The notes under the pieces: generated by a model
The model's input: only the letters and a program-made list of their open reading frames with translations
Databases searched by the model: none
What the model was told of the DNA's origin: nothing
Shown here: piece after piece, positions 47,733 through 57,955 of the stretch
Numbering within the stretch: position 1 is the first letter of the stretch
Layout of the letters: every line of letters begins with the position of its first letter
Program-made: the position numbers and the translations under genes
NCBI GenBank assembly: GCA_002506535.1
Contig: DAXT01000001.1
Coordinates: 24,165 to 88,164, forward strand
Direction: 5' to 3'
From: Methanothrix harundinacea
Lineage (GTDB): Archaea; Halobacteriota; Methanosarcinia; Methanotrichales; Methanotrichaceae
Length of the DNA: 64,000 nucleotides

Positions 47733-48377
47733 TTAAATCTTATCCAGCGCCACGGCGACCTTCCCGAAGATCTCCTTGATATCCCCTACGCCGATGACCG
47801 TCGCCACGATCCCCCTTTTGTCGTAGTAGTCGATGAGGGGCTGGGTCTGGGCGTGGTAGGCCTGGAGCCTCTCCTTGACCGTCTCCTCGGTGTCGTCCGC
47901 CCTCTGGTAGAGGTCGGCTCCGCAGGCGTCGCACTTGCCGGCGACCTTCGGCGGGTTGAACTGGACGTGGTATGTGGTCCCGCACTTGCACATCCTCCGG
48001 CCGGTGACCCTCTTGACCAGCTCCCCGTCGGGGACGTCGATGTTCAGGACGACATCGATCTTCTGGCCCAGATTGGGGAGGATCTTGTCCATCGCCTCGG
48101 CCTGGGGCATCGTCCGGGGGTAGCCGTCGAGCATCCAGCCGCCCTTGACGTCGTCTTTGGCCAGCCTGTCCTTGATGATGTCGATGAGGAGGCTGTCGGG
48201 GACGAGCTTTCCCGCCTCCATGAACTTCTTCGCCTCCACTCCCAGGGGGGTGCCGTTTCGCACGTTCTCCCTGAGGATGTCTCCGGTGGAGATGTGAACC
48301 ACGCCGTACTTATCTGCTATCATCTTCGCCTGGGTGCCCTTTCCGGATCCTGGTGGACCGAGTAGTACTATGTTCAT
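47733..48377 (-). CDS. adk: Adenylate kinase (long, zinc-lid type)
   Basis: 214 aa; GPPGSGKGTQ P-loop and lid Cys pairs CKCG...CDACG. Confidence 0.95.
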   Translation of the reverse strand: MNIVLLGPPGSGKGTQAKMIADKYGVVHISTGDILRENVRNGTPLGVEAKKFMEAGKLVPDSLLIDIIKDRLAKDDVKGGWMLDGYPRTMPQAEAMDKILPNLGQKIDVVLNIDVPDGELVKRVTGRRMCKCGTTYHVQFNPPKVAGKCDACGADLYQRADDTEETVKERLQAYHAQTQPLIDYYDKRGIVATVIGVGDIKEIFGKVAVALDKI

Positions 48378-48570
48378 AATATCCCTCCTATCTTCTTCTC
48401 GATGAATAGCAACCTTTCGACGCCTGCGCTCCCGAGGGTCAAGATCCCAAAGATTCCATCGAAAGCTTGTGGATTCTCAGCCCAAAGCCGGACGGCATAG
48501 CCGCAGGCGGTTGCTCTGCTCTCTTTTAAGTTGACTCTCAACAACGTTAAAAAACCTTTCTCCGCCGGAT

Positions 48571-49227
48571 TCAGATGAGGACTGCAACGGTCATCGCCGA
48601 CCCGGCGAAGAGGGGGATGGTGAGGTTGTCGTCGACGACCCTATCCCGGAAGGAGAGGGGGACGGCGTCGGCGAAGGTCGCCGCGGCGGCGCCGGTGGTG
48701 CAGACGAGGAGGGATAGAACCCCCGGGCCGGAGAAGTAGATCCCCTCGATGATGCTTGCGGCATAACCGACGGCGAGGCAGACGGCGAAGGTCCCCACCA
48801 CCACCGGGACCGGCTTTATCCTGCGCCCCCCGCCCTCCATGATCAGGGTCCTGACCGCCGACCCCCGGACGACGGAGCCTATGATCCCGGAAGCGGCGTC
48901 CCCCAGGGCGAGCATCAGCATCGCGGCGATGGCGATCGGTGGGGTGAAGAAGAGGACCGCCAGAAGGGCTCCCAATATGTAGTAGAAGTAACCCGCGACC
49001 CTCTCCGCCTCGTGGTCGCGGACCGCCGGAAGCCTGACCTTCCCCGAGAGCCTCGCCCGCTCCAGGATGACCGCCACCACCAGGGCCGCGGCGACGAACC
49101 CGACGGCAGCGCCCTTCCCGAAGAGGAGGATCGCCGCCGGGACCAAGAGACCGGTGAGGTGGATCGCCTTCCTCCTCATCTCCATCGAAAGAGACGCCCG
49201 CCGCTCTGGCCCCTTCATCATCACCAT
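48571..49227 (-). CDS. Polyprenol/dolichol kinase-like membrane protein (CTP-transferase-1 family)
   Basis: 218 aa and polytopic. RRKAIHLTGLL and LGDAASGIIG resemble the dolichol/phytol kinase motifs. Confidence 0.55.
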   Translation of the reverse strand: MVMMKGPERRASLSMEMRRKAIHLTGLLVPAAILLFGKGAAVGFVAAALVVAVILERARLSGKVRLPAVRDHEAERVAGYFYYILGALLAVLFFTPPIAIAAMLMLALGDAASGIIGSVVRGSAVRTLIMEGGGRRIKPVPVVVGTFAVCLAVGYAASIIEGIYFSGPGVLSLLVCTTGAAAATFADAVPLSFRDRVVDDNLTIPLFAGSAMTVAVLI

Positions 49228-49284
49228 TCAAACCCCCTTCGATGGAGAGATCAGGCCGCCTTCCGCCCGAGATCCCCCTCCCCT

Positions 49285-51018
49285 TCAGCCCCGGTGGGGG
49301 GATCCGGCCCCGGCGAATTCCGTCTCCCCTCTGAGGAGGGAGGCGACGATCTTCGCCACATCGGACCTTGCGACCCTGATCTGGGCCATGGAGTCGCGGT
49401 CCCTGATGGTGACCGTCCCCTCCTCCAGGGTCTCGTAGTCGACGGTGACGCAGTAGGGGGTTCCCACCTCGTCGTTTCGGCGGTACCTGCGCCCTATCGA
49501 CCCCGATGAGTCGTACTCCACCCGCAGGTCGAGGGATCGAAGCTCCCTGGCGACCTCCTCGGCGGGGCCGACCAATTCGTCCCGGTCCATCAGGGGCAAG
49601 ACAGCCACCTGGATCGGAACGACCCGGTTCTTGAGGGCGAGGACCGCCCTCGTCTCCCCCTCCACCATCTCCTCCCGGTAGGAGTGCTCCAGGATGGAGT
49701 AGAGGATCCGGTCTATCCCGAAGGAGGGCTCGATGACGTGGGGTACGACCTCCTCGCCCCGGACCTCCACCACCTCCATCTCGAAGGCGACGAGGGAGGG
49801 ATCGACCTCGACCTCATCGCCGTCGACGACGACAACGATGGGGTCGCGCTTCAGCTCCTCCATCGGCAGGGCGCAGAGGGCGTCGGCGACGGCCTTGGCC
49901 CCCTTGCGGAATAGCGGGCCGAGGCTCTTCATGTCGGGCCTGACCACCAGCCGTTCCTCTTTCCTCGGCAGGTCGAAGGGGAGGTAGACGGTGAGGTTCG
50001 CCTGGCTCTGGGCCATGTGGGACCGCAGGTCGTAGTTCGTCCTGTCGGCGACCCCCACGATCTCGATCCAGCCGAACCGGTCCAGGAGCGCCTCGGCGTC
50101 CCAGCAGTCGGCGGCGTAGTGGGCCATCTCATCGGCCTTGTGCTGCCGGAACCGGAGCCTCTCCCTCGAGAGCCCCGCCTCGACGAGGAACTGGTAGGTC
50201 CGGGCGACGTAGTAGGCGAGGGTCTCGTGGGCTATGATCCCTCTTTCCACGGCCTCGCCGACGGTCATCTCCTCCGTCACCCCCCTCTCCTGGCCCTCCT
50301 GGGAGTAGAGGGTCATCACCAGATCCGCCACCTCCCCGAACCGGGGATGGCTCTTATCCGCCGGGTTGATGAAGATCTCCGCCTCGGCCTGGGTGAACTC
50401 CCGCAGCCTTATGACCCCCTGGCGGGGGGAGATCTCGTTTCTATAGGACTTTCCTATCTGGACGGCTCCGAAGGGGAGGCGGTCGCGGTAGTGGCGCAGG
50501 AGCCGCGAAAAGTTGACGAACATCCCCTGGGCGGTCTCGGGGCGGAGGTAGCCGGGCTGCTTTCCTCCGGGGCCGATGGAGGTCTTGAACATCAGGTTGA
50601 ACTCGTATATCTCCGATAGGTCGCCGCCGCACTCGGGGCAGAAAACGTCGTTCTCCTTTATGACCCGGTATATCTCGTCGTTTGCCAGGGCGTCGGGGAC
50701 CTCGACGATGTGCTTTATGAGGTGGTCGGCCCGATATATCTCGCGGCACTCCCGGCACTCGGTGAGGGGGTCGGAGAAGCCGGATAGGTGGCCAGAGGCC
50801 TTGAAGATCTCCTCGACCCCGATGGTGGGGCACTCGATCTCGCAGAACCCCTCCCGGATGACGAAGAAACCCCTCCAGAGGTCTTCGATCCCTCTCTTCA
50901 AGGGGGCTCCCAGGGGGCCGTAATCGTAGAAGCCCGCGGCACCGCCGTAGAGCTCGAAGGCGGGCCATATGAACCCCCGCCTCCGGGCAAGCTCGATCAC
51001 CTTCTCGTACATGTCCAT
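49285..51018 (-). CDS. glyS: Glycine--tRNA ligase (archaeal/eukaryotic type)
   Basis: 577 aa; RRGFIWPAFELYGG..G.YDYGPLG, RPETAQG, GIDR motifs. Confidence 0.95.
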   Translation of the reverse strand: MDMYEKVIELARRRGFIWPAFELYGGAAGFYDYGPLGAPLKRGIEDLWRGFFVIREGFCEIECPTIGVEEIFKASGHLSGFSDPLTECRECREIYRADHLIKHIVEVPDALANDEIYRVIKENDVFCPECGGDLSEIYEFNLMFKTSIGPGGKQPGYLRPETAQGMFVNFSRLLRHYRDRLPFGAVQIGKSYRNEISPRQGVIRLREFTQAEAEIFINPADKSHPRFGEVADLVMTLYSQEGQERGVTEEMTVGEAVERGIIAHETLAYYVARTYQFLVEAGLSRERLRFRQHKADEMAHYAADCWDAEALLDRFGWIEIVGVADRTNYDLRSHMAQSQANLTVYLPFDLPRKEERLVVRPDMKSLGPLFRKGAKAVADALCALPMEELKRDPIVVVVDGDEVEVDPSLVAFEMEVVEVRGEEVVPHVIEPSFGIDRILYSILEHSYREEMVEGETRAVLALKNRVVPIQVAVLPLMDRDELVGPAEEVARELRSLDLRVEYDSSGSIGRRYRRNDEVGTPYCVTVDYETLEEGTVTIRDRDSMAQIRVARSDVAKIVASLLRGETEFAGAGSPHRG

Positions 51019-51252
51019 AAGCCAATCCTCGCCTCATCTAGACCCCGAGGGATCATTTAACCTTTGTCGTTTGGCGGGGGGCCAGAGATGAAGAGGGGTG
51101 GGTCTGACGGGGATCTCTTTCCGAGATATTGTAATCCGATGTTGATGCCGTGGAAAAGCCCCTTTACGCCACGGCCCTGGCTGCGGGGGGGTCCTTTCGC
51201 CCGACAGGGTTTTATGGATGGGAGGGTATCGGCGGTTGGTGAGTGATCACTC

Positions 51253-51621
51253 ATGAAAGAGATTATGAAGTTAGGGTTAGTGATGGGCGTGCTCTTCTGC
51301 ACAGCCCTCGGCGCGGCGAGCGCCCAAGAGGCGTTCTCTGAGGACTACAAGGCGGGTTTCTACGATGCGGCGATGATCATAGGCCAGGCGACCTTCGAGT
51401 ACGGAACCCTGGCGGACCTGTACTTCAGCCTGGGCGGCGAATCGACGGTATTGAGCCCTGAAAACCAGGAGATCGTCGATTACTACAACAACCAGTCCAC
51501 CCAGTTCAACCAGGAGAGAGTTCCCTTCGTCAACAGCGTCATCGACCAGATCTTCGGCCCCAACGACAACAGGACCGAGGACCTGTACATGCCACAGCTT
51601 CCCATCATTCCCATATCCTGA
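51253..51621 (+). CDS. Small secreted hypothetical protein
   Basis: 122 aa with a signal peptide (LGLVMGVLFCTALGAASAQEA). No recognised domain. Confidence 0.5.
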   Translation: MKEIMKLGLVMGVLFCTALGAASAQEAFSEDYKAGFYDAAMIIGQATFEYGTLADLYFSLGGESTVLSPENQEIVDYYNNQSTQFNQERVPFVNSVIDQIFGPNDNRTEDLYMPQLPIIPIS

Positions 51622-51747
51622 GCTAAATGGCAATAATGACCGGAGGGCGGCAGGGCCGCCCCCTGATCACTTCCTTATTTTATCATCGGCCTAAAGGGTC
51701 CTTCTTTTATCTGGATGAGCCCGCGGGCTTCAGCAGTCCCCCATCGA

Positions 51748-52986
51748 TCAGACCCCGGCCCTCACCGTCTCCTGGACGCAGATCCCCCGTTCCTCCAGCT
51801 CTCCGATGTACCTCTCGTAGGCCGCCCCCCGGATCCCGTCCTCGGGGGCGACGATCCCCTTCTCTTTGACCTCGTGCCTTCCCAACATCACCGCGGCGAC
51901 GGCCGCCGAGAAGCCCGTAACCCTCGCCATCGCCGATATGCCGGCGACCTCATCGGGGCCGGCCAGGAGGCGGTGGTCGACCCGGGCCGCCTCGCCCCCC
52001 TTCTTCCCCAGGACGGTGTTCATCATGACGCAGATATCCGTCTCCCCCGGGAGCGGCTGAAGCTTCGGCCCCACCACCGATATGAAGAACTCCCGGGGGC
52101 TGATCTCCATCCCCCCGAAGGGATGGGGGTCCAACTCCAAGAGGCCGCACCCCCTGAGAAGGTCGATCCCCTCAAAGTGACCCGGCCAGCGGATCGTCTT
52201 CTCCGAGAACTCGGCAAGATCCGGCCTGGTGTAAAGGAGGCTCGGCATCCCGGGGGTGACGGCTGCCTCGAAGGTCTCCCCCAGGGGCTCGAAGACGAAG
52301 GTCTCCCGGTCCGCCAGGGCGGGGACCTCGACGATCCTCCCGTTGCGTAGGACCATCGCACCGATCATGTACTCCCGGAGGGCGTGTCCGAAGGACCAGG
52401 TTACGGTGTACCGGAGGGGGTGATTGGCCGCCGCCTCCTTCGAGGGGATGCCGCCGACCCTGGCGGTGGCGGCCTCGGCGGAGTCGAGAAGGTCGATCCC
52501 CCGGCCGATGGAGGCGTTGGAGAGCCCCGGAGCAAAGCCCATCCCGTCGAGGAAGGTGACGTCGTTCTCCTCCGCCCTCTCGTGGAGAAAGTCGCCGTAC
52601 TCCACTGGGGTCATCCCGCCGGGGATGGCGAGCCCCTCCGTCTCGTGGGCGTCGGGGCGCCGGTGGTACTCCTCCAGGACGTCGACGGCGGGAAGGCTTG
52701 AGTCGATGGCCGCCTCCAGAGCCCGGTAGCTCGTCCTTCTGTCTGGGAGGGCGAAGACCCCGACGTCGTAGCCGTCCATCAGCCGACGGACCTCGCGGAC
52801 GTCGCCAGAGGCGGCGTCGCAGGGGTGGAGACGGATCTTATCAGACCCGATCCGGGCAGCGGCCCTCTTCAGCCCCTCCTCCTTCTTTCCTACCAGACCC
52901 ACCTCTTCGACCTCTTCTGCCAGCGCCAGATCCCAGGCGGCGGCAGACCCGATCCTCCCCGTCCCTCCGAAGACCAGCACCCTCAT
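51748..52986 (-). CDS. Saccharopine dehydrogenase family NAD(P)-binding protein
   Basis: I chose the ATG at 52986 (MRVLVFGGTGRIGSAAAWDLA). A Rossmann N-terminus plus a Sacchrp_dh C-like remainder. Confidence 0.8.
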   Translation of the reverse strand: MRVLVFGGTGRIGSAAAWDLALAEEVEEVGLVGKKEEGLKRAAARIGSDKIRLHPCDAASGDVREVRRLMDGYDVGVFALPDRRTSYRALEAAIDSSLPAVDVLEEYHRRPDAHETEGLAIPGGMTPVEYGDFLHERAEENDVTFLDGMGFAPGLSNASIGRGIDLLDSAEAATARVGGIPSKEAAANHPLRYTVTWSFGHALREYMIGAMVLRNGRIVEVPALADRETFVFEPLGETFEAAVTPGMPSLLYTRPDLAEFSEKTIRWPGHFEGIDLLRGCGLLELDPHPFGGMEISPREFFISVVGPKLQPLPGETDICVMMNTVLGKKGGEAARVDHRLLAGPDEVAGISAMARVTGFSAAVAAVMLGRHEVKEKGIVAPEDGIRGAAYERYIGELEERGICVQETVRAGV

Positions 52987-53246
52987 CTGCCAACCCCTCC
53001 GCAAAACCCGTCCTCTCTGGGCATATCATCACCTCTTCGCCGATTCTCGTCCCCCATTTTATATCAAGAGCCCGCCGGGTGGGCAGAGCCCGGACAACCG
53101 GAGTCCCTGGACTGAGGAGGACGGCCGGTGGGGAGCCGGATCGCCACCACCCCCGGCAATAGTCTTCCGGCGGACCCTTGTGCCCTTCGCCCCTCGATCC
53201 CGTCGAAACCTATTTAGACCACCTCCTTGCTTGTGGTGGCGATACT

Positions 53247-54338
53247 ATGATCGGCGTCTTAGGGTTGGAAGACGGCACCAGGGTCGAAGGGGTGGGCTTC
53301 GGCGCCCCCAGCGTCGTCTCTGGGGAGCTGGTCTTCGTGACGGTGATGTCCGGGTACGAGGAAGCGCTCACCGATCCCTCCTACAAGGGACAGCTTCTGA
53401 TGTTCACCTACCCCCTCATGGGAAACTACGGGGTGAGCGGCGACAACTTCCAGTCGGACCGGATCGGCCCGACGGCGATGGTCTGTCGGGAGGTCTGGGA
53501 TAGGCCCCTCCACCACCGGTCAACGAGGACGATATCGAATTTCCTGGAGGATGAGGGGGTCCCCGGAGTCTCTGGATTGGATACGAGGATGCTCACCATC
53601 AAGATCAGAAGCCAGGGGGCGATGAGGGCCACCCTCGCCGTCGGGGAGACGGCGGACGTCTCCGCCGAAGACGTCGTAGGCCTGGCAAGAGATCAGCCGG
53701 AGATCTCAACCCTGGACCTGATCTCCGCCGTCTCCTGCCGCCAGCCCTACCGGATCCCCGGCGAGGGTCCAAAGGTGGTGATGATCGACCTCGGGATAAA
53801 GAGAAGCATCCTCGATTCCATGGCATGCCTTGGGTTCGATATAGTCGTCGTCCCCTCGCAGACGAGTCCGTCGCAGATCGAGGGTTACGAGCCGGACGCC
53901 CTCTTCATATCCAACGGCCCCGGCGACCCCCAGCAGGCGGCGGGGGCGATCGAGGCGGTGAAGCACTTTGCAGGAGAGAAGCCGGTCTATGGGATATGCC
54001 TGGGCCTCCAGGTGATCTGCCTCGCCCTGGGGGCGGAGACCTACAAGCTGAAGTTCGGCCACCACGGCGGAAACCAGCCGGTCAAAGACCTCGCCAGCGG
54101 CGTCGTCCGCATCACGTCCCAGAACCACAACTTCGCCCTGCGCCCCCAGTCGGCGGAGGGGACGGGGATCAAGATCACCCAGGTCAACGCCAACGACGGG
54201 ACGGTCGAGGGGATCAGGAACGACTACCTGGGGATGGAGGCGGTCCAGTACCACCCCGAGGCGAGCCCCGGCCCCCTCTGCACGAAGGAGAGGTTCTTCG
54301 CGTCGGTCGCAAAAGAGATCGAAGGGAGGAGGAGGTGA
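53247..54338 (+). CDS. carA: Carbamoyl-phosphate synthase small (glutaminase) subunit
   Basis: I chose the ATG at 53247 (MIGVLGLEDGTRVEGVGFGA). GATase catalytic context ICLGLQ and HHGGNQPV are present. Confidence 0.95.
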   Translation: MIGVLGLEDGTRVEGVGFGAPSVVSGELVFVTVMSGYEEALTDPSYKGQLLMFTYPLMGNYGVSGDNFQSDRIGPTAMVCREVWDRPLHHRSTRTISNFLEDEGVPGVSGLDTRMLTIKIRSQGAMRATLAVGETADVSAEDVVGLARDQPEISTLDLISAVSCRQPYRIPGEGPKVVMIDLGIKRSILDSMACLGFDIVVVPSQTSPSQIEGYEPDALFISNGPGDPQQAAGAIEAVKHFAGEKPVYGICLGLQVICLALGAETYKLKFGHHGGNQPVKDLASGVVRITSQNHNFALRPQSAEGTGIKITQVNANDGTVEGIRNDYLGMEAVQYHPEASPGPLCTKERFFASVAKEIEGRRR

Positions 54339-54344
54339 TCGGAG

Positions 54345-57300
54345 TTGCCGAAGAGATCTGATATCAAGAAGGTTCTCCTCATAGGGTCGGGGCCTATCCA
54401 GATCGGCCAGGCGGCGGAGTTCGACTTCTCGGGGTCCCAGGCCTGCAAGTCCCTCCGGGAGGAGGGGGTGGAGGTCGTCCTCGTCAACTCCAACCCCGCC
54501 ACCATCATGACCGACCCGGAGATGGCGGAGAGGATCTACATCGAGCCGCTCGTCCCCGAGGTCGTCGCCAAGATCATCGAGAAGGAGAGGCCCGACGGGA
54601 TCATCGCCGGGATCGGGGGCCAGACCGGCCTGAACATAACGAGCGAGCTCGCCGAGGGAGGGGTCCTGGAGAAGTTCAACGTCGAGGTCCTGGGGACCTC
54701 CGTCGACGCCATCCGGGAGACCGAAGACCGCGACCTCTTCAAGAGCGCCATGATCAGGATAGGCGAGCCTGTCCCCAGGAGCCGGGCCGTCGAGACGATG
54801 GAGGAGGCCGAGGAGGCGCTGGCGGAGCTGGGCCTTCCCCTCATCATCAGGCCCGCCTACACCCTCGGCGGCTCCGGCGGAGGCGCCGCCGAGACGGAGG
54901 AGGAGTACTACCGGATCGTCGATATGGGGATGAAGAGGTCCCGGATCCACCAGGTCCTCGTCGAGGAGAGCCTCGTCGGCTGGACGGAGCTGGAGTACGA
55001 GGTGATGCGGGACGGAAATGACACCTGCATCACCATCTGCAACATGGAGAACATGGACCCCATGGGGATCCACACCGGCGAATCCATAGTCGTCACCCCC
55101 ATCCAGACACTATCAGACCAGGAGGTCCAGACCCTCAGGACCGCGGCCATAAACATCATCCGGGCCCTCAAGATCGAGGGGGGGTGCAACATCCAGTTCG
55201 CCGCCAAGGACGGCGATTACAGAGTGATCGAGGTGAACCCCAGAGTCTCCAGAAGCTCCGCCCTCGCCTCCAAGGCGACAGGCTACCCCATCGCCCGGGT
55301 CACCGCCAAGATCGCCATCGGGATGACCCTCGACGAGATCGGAAACGACGTCACCGGGGAGACCCCCGCCTCCTTCGAGCCGGCGGTCGACTACGTCGTC
55401 ATGAAGATCCCCCGGTGGCCCTTCGACAAGTTCGTCAAAGCCGACAAGACCCTCACCACCGCCATGAAGTCGACGGGAGAGGTGATGGCCATCGGGAGGA
55501 GCTACGAGGAGGCGCTGATGAAGGCGGTCCGGTCCCTGGAGATCGATATGGACCTGGGCTACGCCGGCAAGTACGAGCCCTGGACCGACGAGGAGGTCAG
55601 AAGCCTCCTCTCGACCCCGACGGACGAGAGGCTCTTCGCCATCTACCAGGCGCTCCGGCGGGGGATATCCGTCGAGGAGATAGCGGATCTGACAAAAATC
55701 CACCCCTACTTCATCTGGAGGATCGAGAACGTCATCGCCATGGAAGACGAGGTCCGAGACCGCTTCTCCGTCCCGATTTTGAGGAAAGCAAAGAGGATGG
55801 GGTTCTCCGACGACCGGATCGCCAGGATCCTCGGGAAGGAGAGGGCGGAGATCGCCGATCTGCGGATCGAGAACGGGATCGTTCCCACCTACAAGATGGT
55901 CGACACCTGCGCCGCGGAGTTCGCAGCCAAGACCCCCTACTACTACTCCTCTTATGAGGATGAGTGCGAGCTAGCCCCAACGGACGAGAAGAAGGTCCTG
56001 ATCATAGGCTCCGGCCCCATCAGGATCGGCCAGGGGATCGAGTTCGACTACTCCACCGTCCACGCCGTCATGGCCCTCCGGGAGCTGGGAATCGAGGCCC
56101 ATATCGCCAACAACAACCCCGAGACCGTCTCCACCGACTACGACACCTCAGATAAGCTCTTCTTCGAGCCCCTGACCCTCGAGGACGTCATGAACATCAT
56201 CGAGAAGGAGAGACACTTTGGCGTGATGGTCCAGTTCGGAGGCCAGACGGCGATGAACCTTGCAATCCCCCTGGAGAGGGAGATCGCAAGACGGGGGCTA
56301 GATACCAAGATCCTGGGGACGAGCCCCGAGAAGATCGACGTCGCCGAGGACCGGGAGAGGTTCAACCTCGCCCTCCAAAAGATGGGGATACCCCAGCCGG
56401 AGGCCGGTTACGCCACTAGCCCGCAGGAGGCGAAGGCGGAGGCGCGGCGGATCGGCTACCCGGTCCTAGTGAGGCCCAGCTACGTCCTCGGCGGCAGGGC
56501 CATGGAGATCGTCTACGACGAGAAGGAATTGGAGGTCTACATGAGGGAGGCGGTGAGGGTATCGCCGCAGCACCCCATCCTCATCGACGACTTCCTTCAG
56601 AACGCCGTGGAGATCGACGTCGACGCCGTCTGCGACGGCCGGGACGTCCTCATCGGGGCGATCATGGAGCATATCGAGGAGGCTGGGATCCACTCCGGGG
56701 ACAGCGCCTGCATCATCCCTCCCCAGACGATACCTGCGGCCGTTCAGGAGACCGTCCGGGAGTACGTCAAAAAGATCGCCCTCGCCCTGGAGGTGAAGGG
56801 GATCCTCAACATCCAGATGGCCTACAAGGACGGGATCGTCTACGTCCTGGAGGCAAACCCCCGGTCTTCCAGGACGATCCCCTTCGTATCGAAGACGGTG
56901 GGGATCCCCCTGGCCAAGATCGCCGCCTCCGTCATGGCAGGAAAGACCCTGGCAGAGCTGGGGTACACCCGCGAGCCGAAGATCCCCTACGTCTCGGTGA
57001 AGGAGGTCCTCCTCCCCTTCGAGAAGCTTCCCGGAGCCGACACCCTCCTGGGGCCGGAGATGAGGTCGACGGGGGAGGTGATGGGGATCGACCGCGTCCC
57101 CGGCCTCGCCTTCTTCAAGGCGGAGCTCTCCGCCGACAACCCCCTCCCGACGGAAGGGGTGGTCTTCATCTCGGTGAAGGACGAGGACAAAGGCGCCATC
57201 GCCGAGGTGGCGAGGAGGCTCACAGAATCCGACCTCTCGATCATCGCCACCGAGGGGACGGCCGAGTTCCTCGCCAGGATGGGGGTCGCCGTCGAGAGGG

Positions 57301-57557
57301 TCGAGAAGATCTACGCCGGAAGCCCCAACGTCCTCGACTACATGAAGCGGGGGGAGGTGAGCCTCATCATCAACACCCCGACGACGAAGCAGTCGGTGAG
57401 GGACGGCTTCCAGATCCGGCGTAACGCCGTCGACTACCACGTCCCCTACATAACGACGGTCCAGGCGGCCCGGGCCGCGGCCCAGGCGATCGAGATCGCC
57501 AAGTCCGGCGAGATCACCATCAAGCCCCTCAACGAGTACCATCAGGAAGTACGGTGA
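54345..57557 (+). CDS. carB: Carbamoyl-phosphate synthase large subunit
   Basis: 1070 aa with a TTG start after GGAGG. Duplicated ATP-grasp halves (VLLIGSGPIQIGQAAEFDFSG / VLIIGSGPIRIGQGIEFDYS). Confidence 0.97.
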   Translation: MPKRSDIKKVLLIGSGPIQIGQAAEFDFSGSQACKSLREEGVEVVLVNSNPATIMTDPEMAERIYIEPLVPEVVAKIIEKERPDGIIAGIGGQTGLNITSELAEGGVLEKFNVEVLGTSVDAIRETEDRDLFKSAMIRIGEPVPRSRAVETMEEAEEALAELGLPLIIRPAYTLGGSGGGAAETEEEYYRIVDMGMKRSRIHQVLVEESLVGWTELEYEVMRDGNDTCITICNMENMDPMGIHTGESIVVTPIQTLSDQEVQTLRTAAINIIRALKIEGGCNIQFAAKDGDYRVIEVNPRVSRSSALASKATGYPIARVTAKIAIGMTLDEIGNDVTGETPASFEPAVDYVVMKIPRWPFDKFVKADKTLTTAMKSTGEVMAIGRSYEEALMKAVRSLEIDMDLGYAGKYEPWTDEEVRSLLSTPTDERLFAIYQALRRGISVEEIADLTKIHPYFIWRIENVIAMEDEVRDRFSVPILRKAKRMGFSDDRIARILGKERAEIADLRIENGIVPTYKMVDTCAAEFAAKTPYYYSSYEDECELAPTDEKKVLIIGSGPIRIGQGIEFDYSTVHAVMALRELGIEAHIANNNPETVSTDYDTSDKLFFEPLTLEDVMNIIEKERHFGVMVQFGGQTAMNLAIPLEREIARRGLDTKILGTSPEKIDVAEDRERFNLALQKMGIPQPEAGYATSPQEAKAEARRIGYPVLVRPSYVLGGRAMEIVYDEKELEVYMREAVRVSPQHPILIDDFLQNAVEIDVDAVCDGRDVLIGAIMEHIEEAGIHSGDSACIIPPQTIPAAVQETVREYVKKIALALEVKGILNIQMAYKDGIVYVLEANPRSSRTIPFVSKTVGIPLAKIAASVMAGKTLAELGYTREPKIPYVSVKEVLLPFEKLPGADTLLGPEMRSTGEVMGIDRVPGLAFFKAELSADNPLPTEGVVFISVKDEDKGAIAEVARRLTESDLSIIATEGTAEFLARMGVAVERVEKIYAGSPNVLDYMKRGEVSLIINTPTTKQSVRDGFQIRRNAVDYHVPYITTVQAARAAAQAIEIAKSGEITIKPLNEYHQEVR

Positions 57558-57759
57558 GAAGGATCTGGGCCGGCAGATTCAGGGATTGAAAAGGAGAAGA
57601 GGGACGGCGAGAGAAGAGACGGGGATGGAGGAGGGGCGGGGATTGAGGAGGAGAGGCGCAAAGATGGGCAGCGGGGTGGCGGCAACAGGTGCCGGGGGCC
57701 GCGAAGCCCACCGGATCCCGTCCCGGCGCCCTCCCTCAACCTCGCCTCAGACCGAAGGG

Positions 57760-57767
57760 TTTATCTT
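57760..57767 (+). promoter_or_regulatory. Candidate TATA box for the tRNA-Val/tRNA-Phe transcript
   Basis: TTTATCTT lies about 35-40 nt upstream of the tRNA-Val 5' end, consistent with a short leader. Confidence 0.3.
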
Positions 57768-57799
57768 CAAAAAGCCCAGTGGGAGCATCCGTCGTTTGT

Positions 57800-57873
57800 G
57801 GGCTCGTGGTCTAGCTGGTTATGACATCGCCTTGACATGGCGGGGATCATGCGTTCGAATCGCATCGAGCCCA
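57800..57873 (+). tRNA. tRNA-Val (anticodon GAC)
   Basis: Hand-folded. Acceptor GGGCUCG/CGAGCCC; anticodon stem UCGCC/GGCGG with loop UUGACAU; T-arm GCGUUCGAAUCGC. Confidence 0.9.
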
Positions 57874-57881
57874 CCTAACTC

Positions 57882-57955
57882 GCCCAGGTAGCTCAGTCCG
57901 GGAGAGCGTCAGACTGAAGATCTGAATGTCCCCGGTTCGAATCCGGGTCTGGGCA
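57882..57955 (+). tRNA. tRNA-Phe (anticodon GAA)
   Basis: Hand-folded. Acceptor GCCCAGG/UCUGGGC; D-arm GCUC-AGUCCGGGA-GAGC; anticodon loop CUGAAGA; T-arm CCCGG-UUCGAAU-CCGGG. Confidence 0.9.
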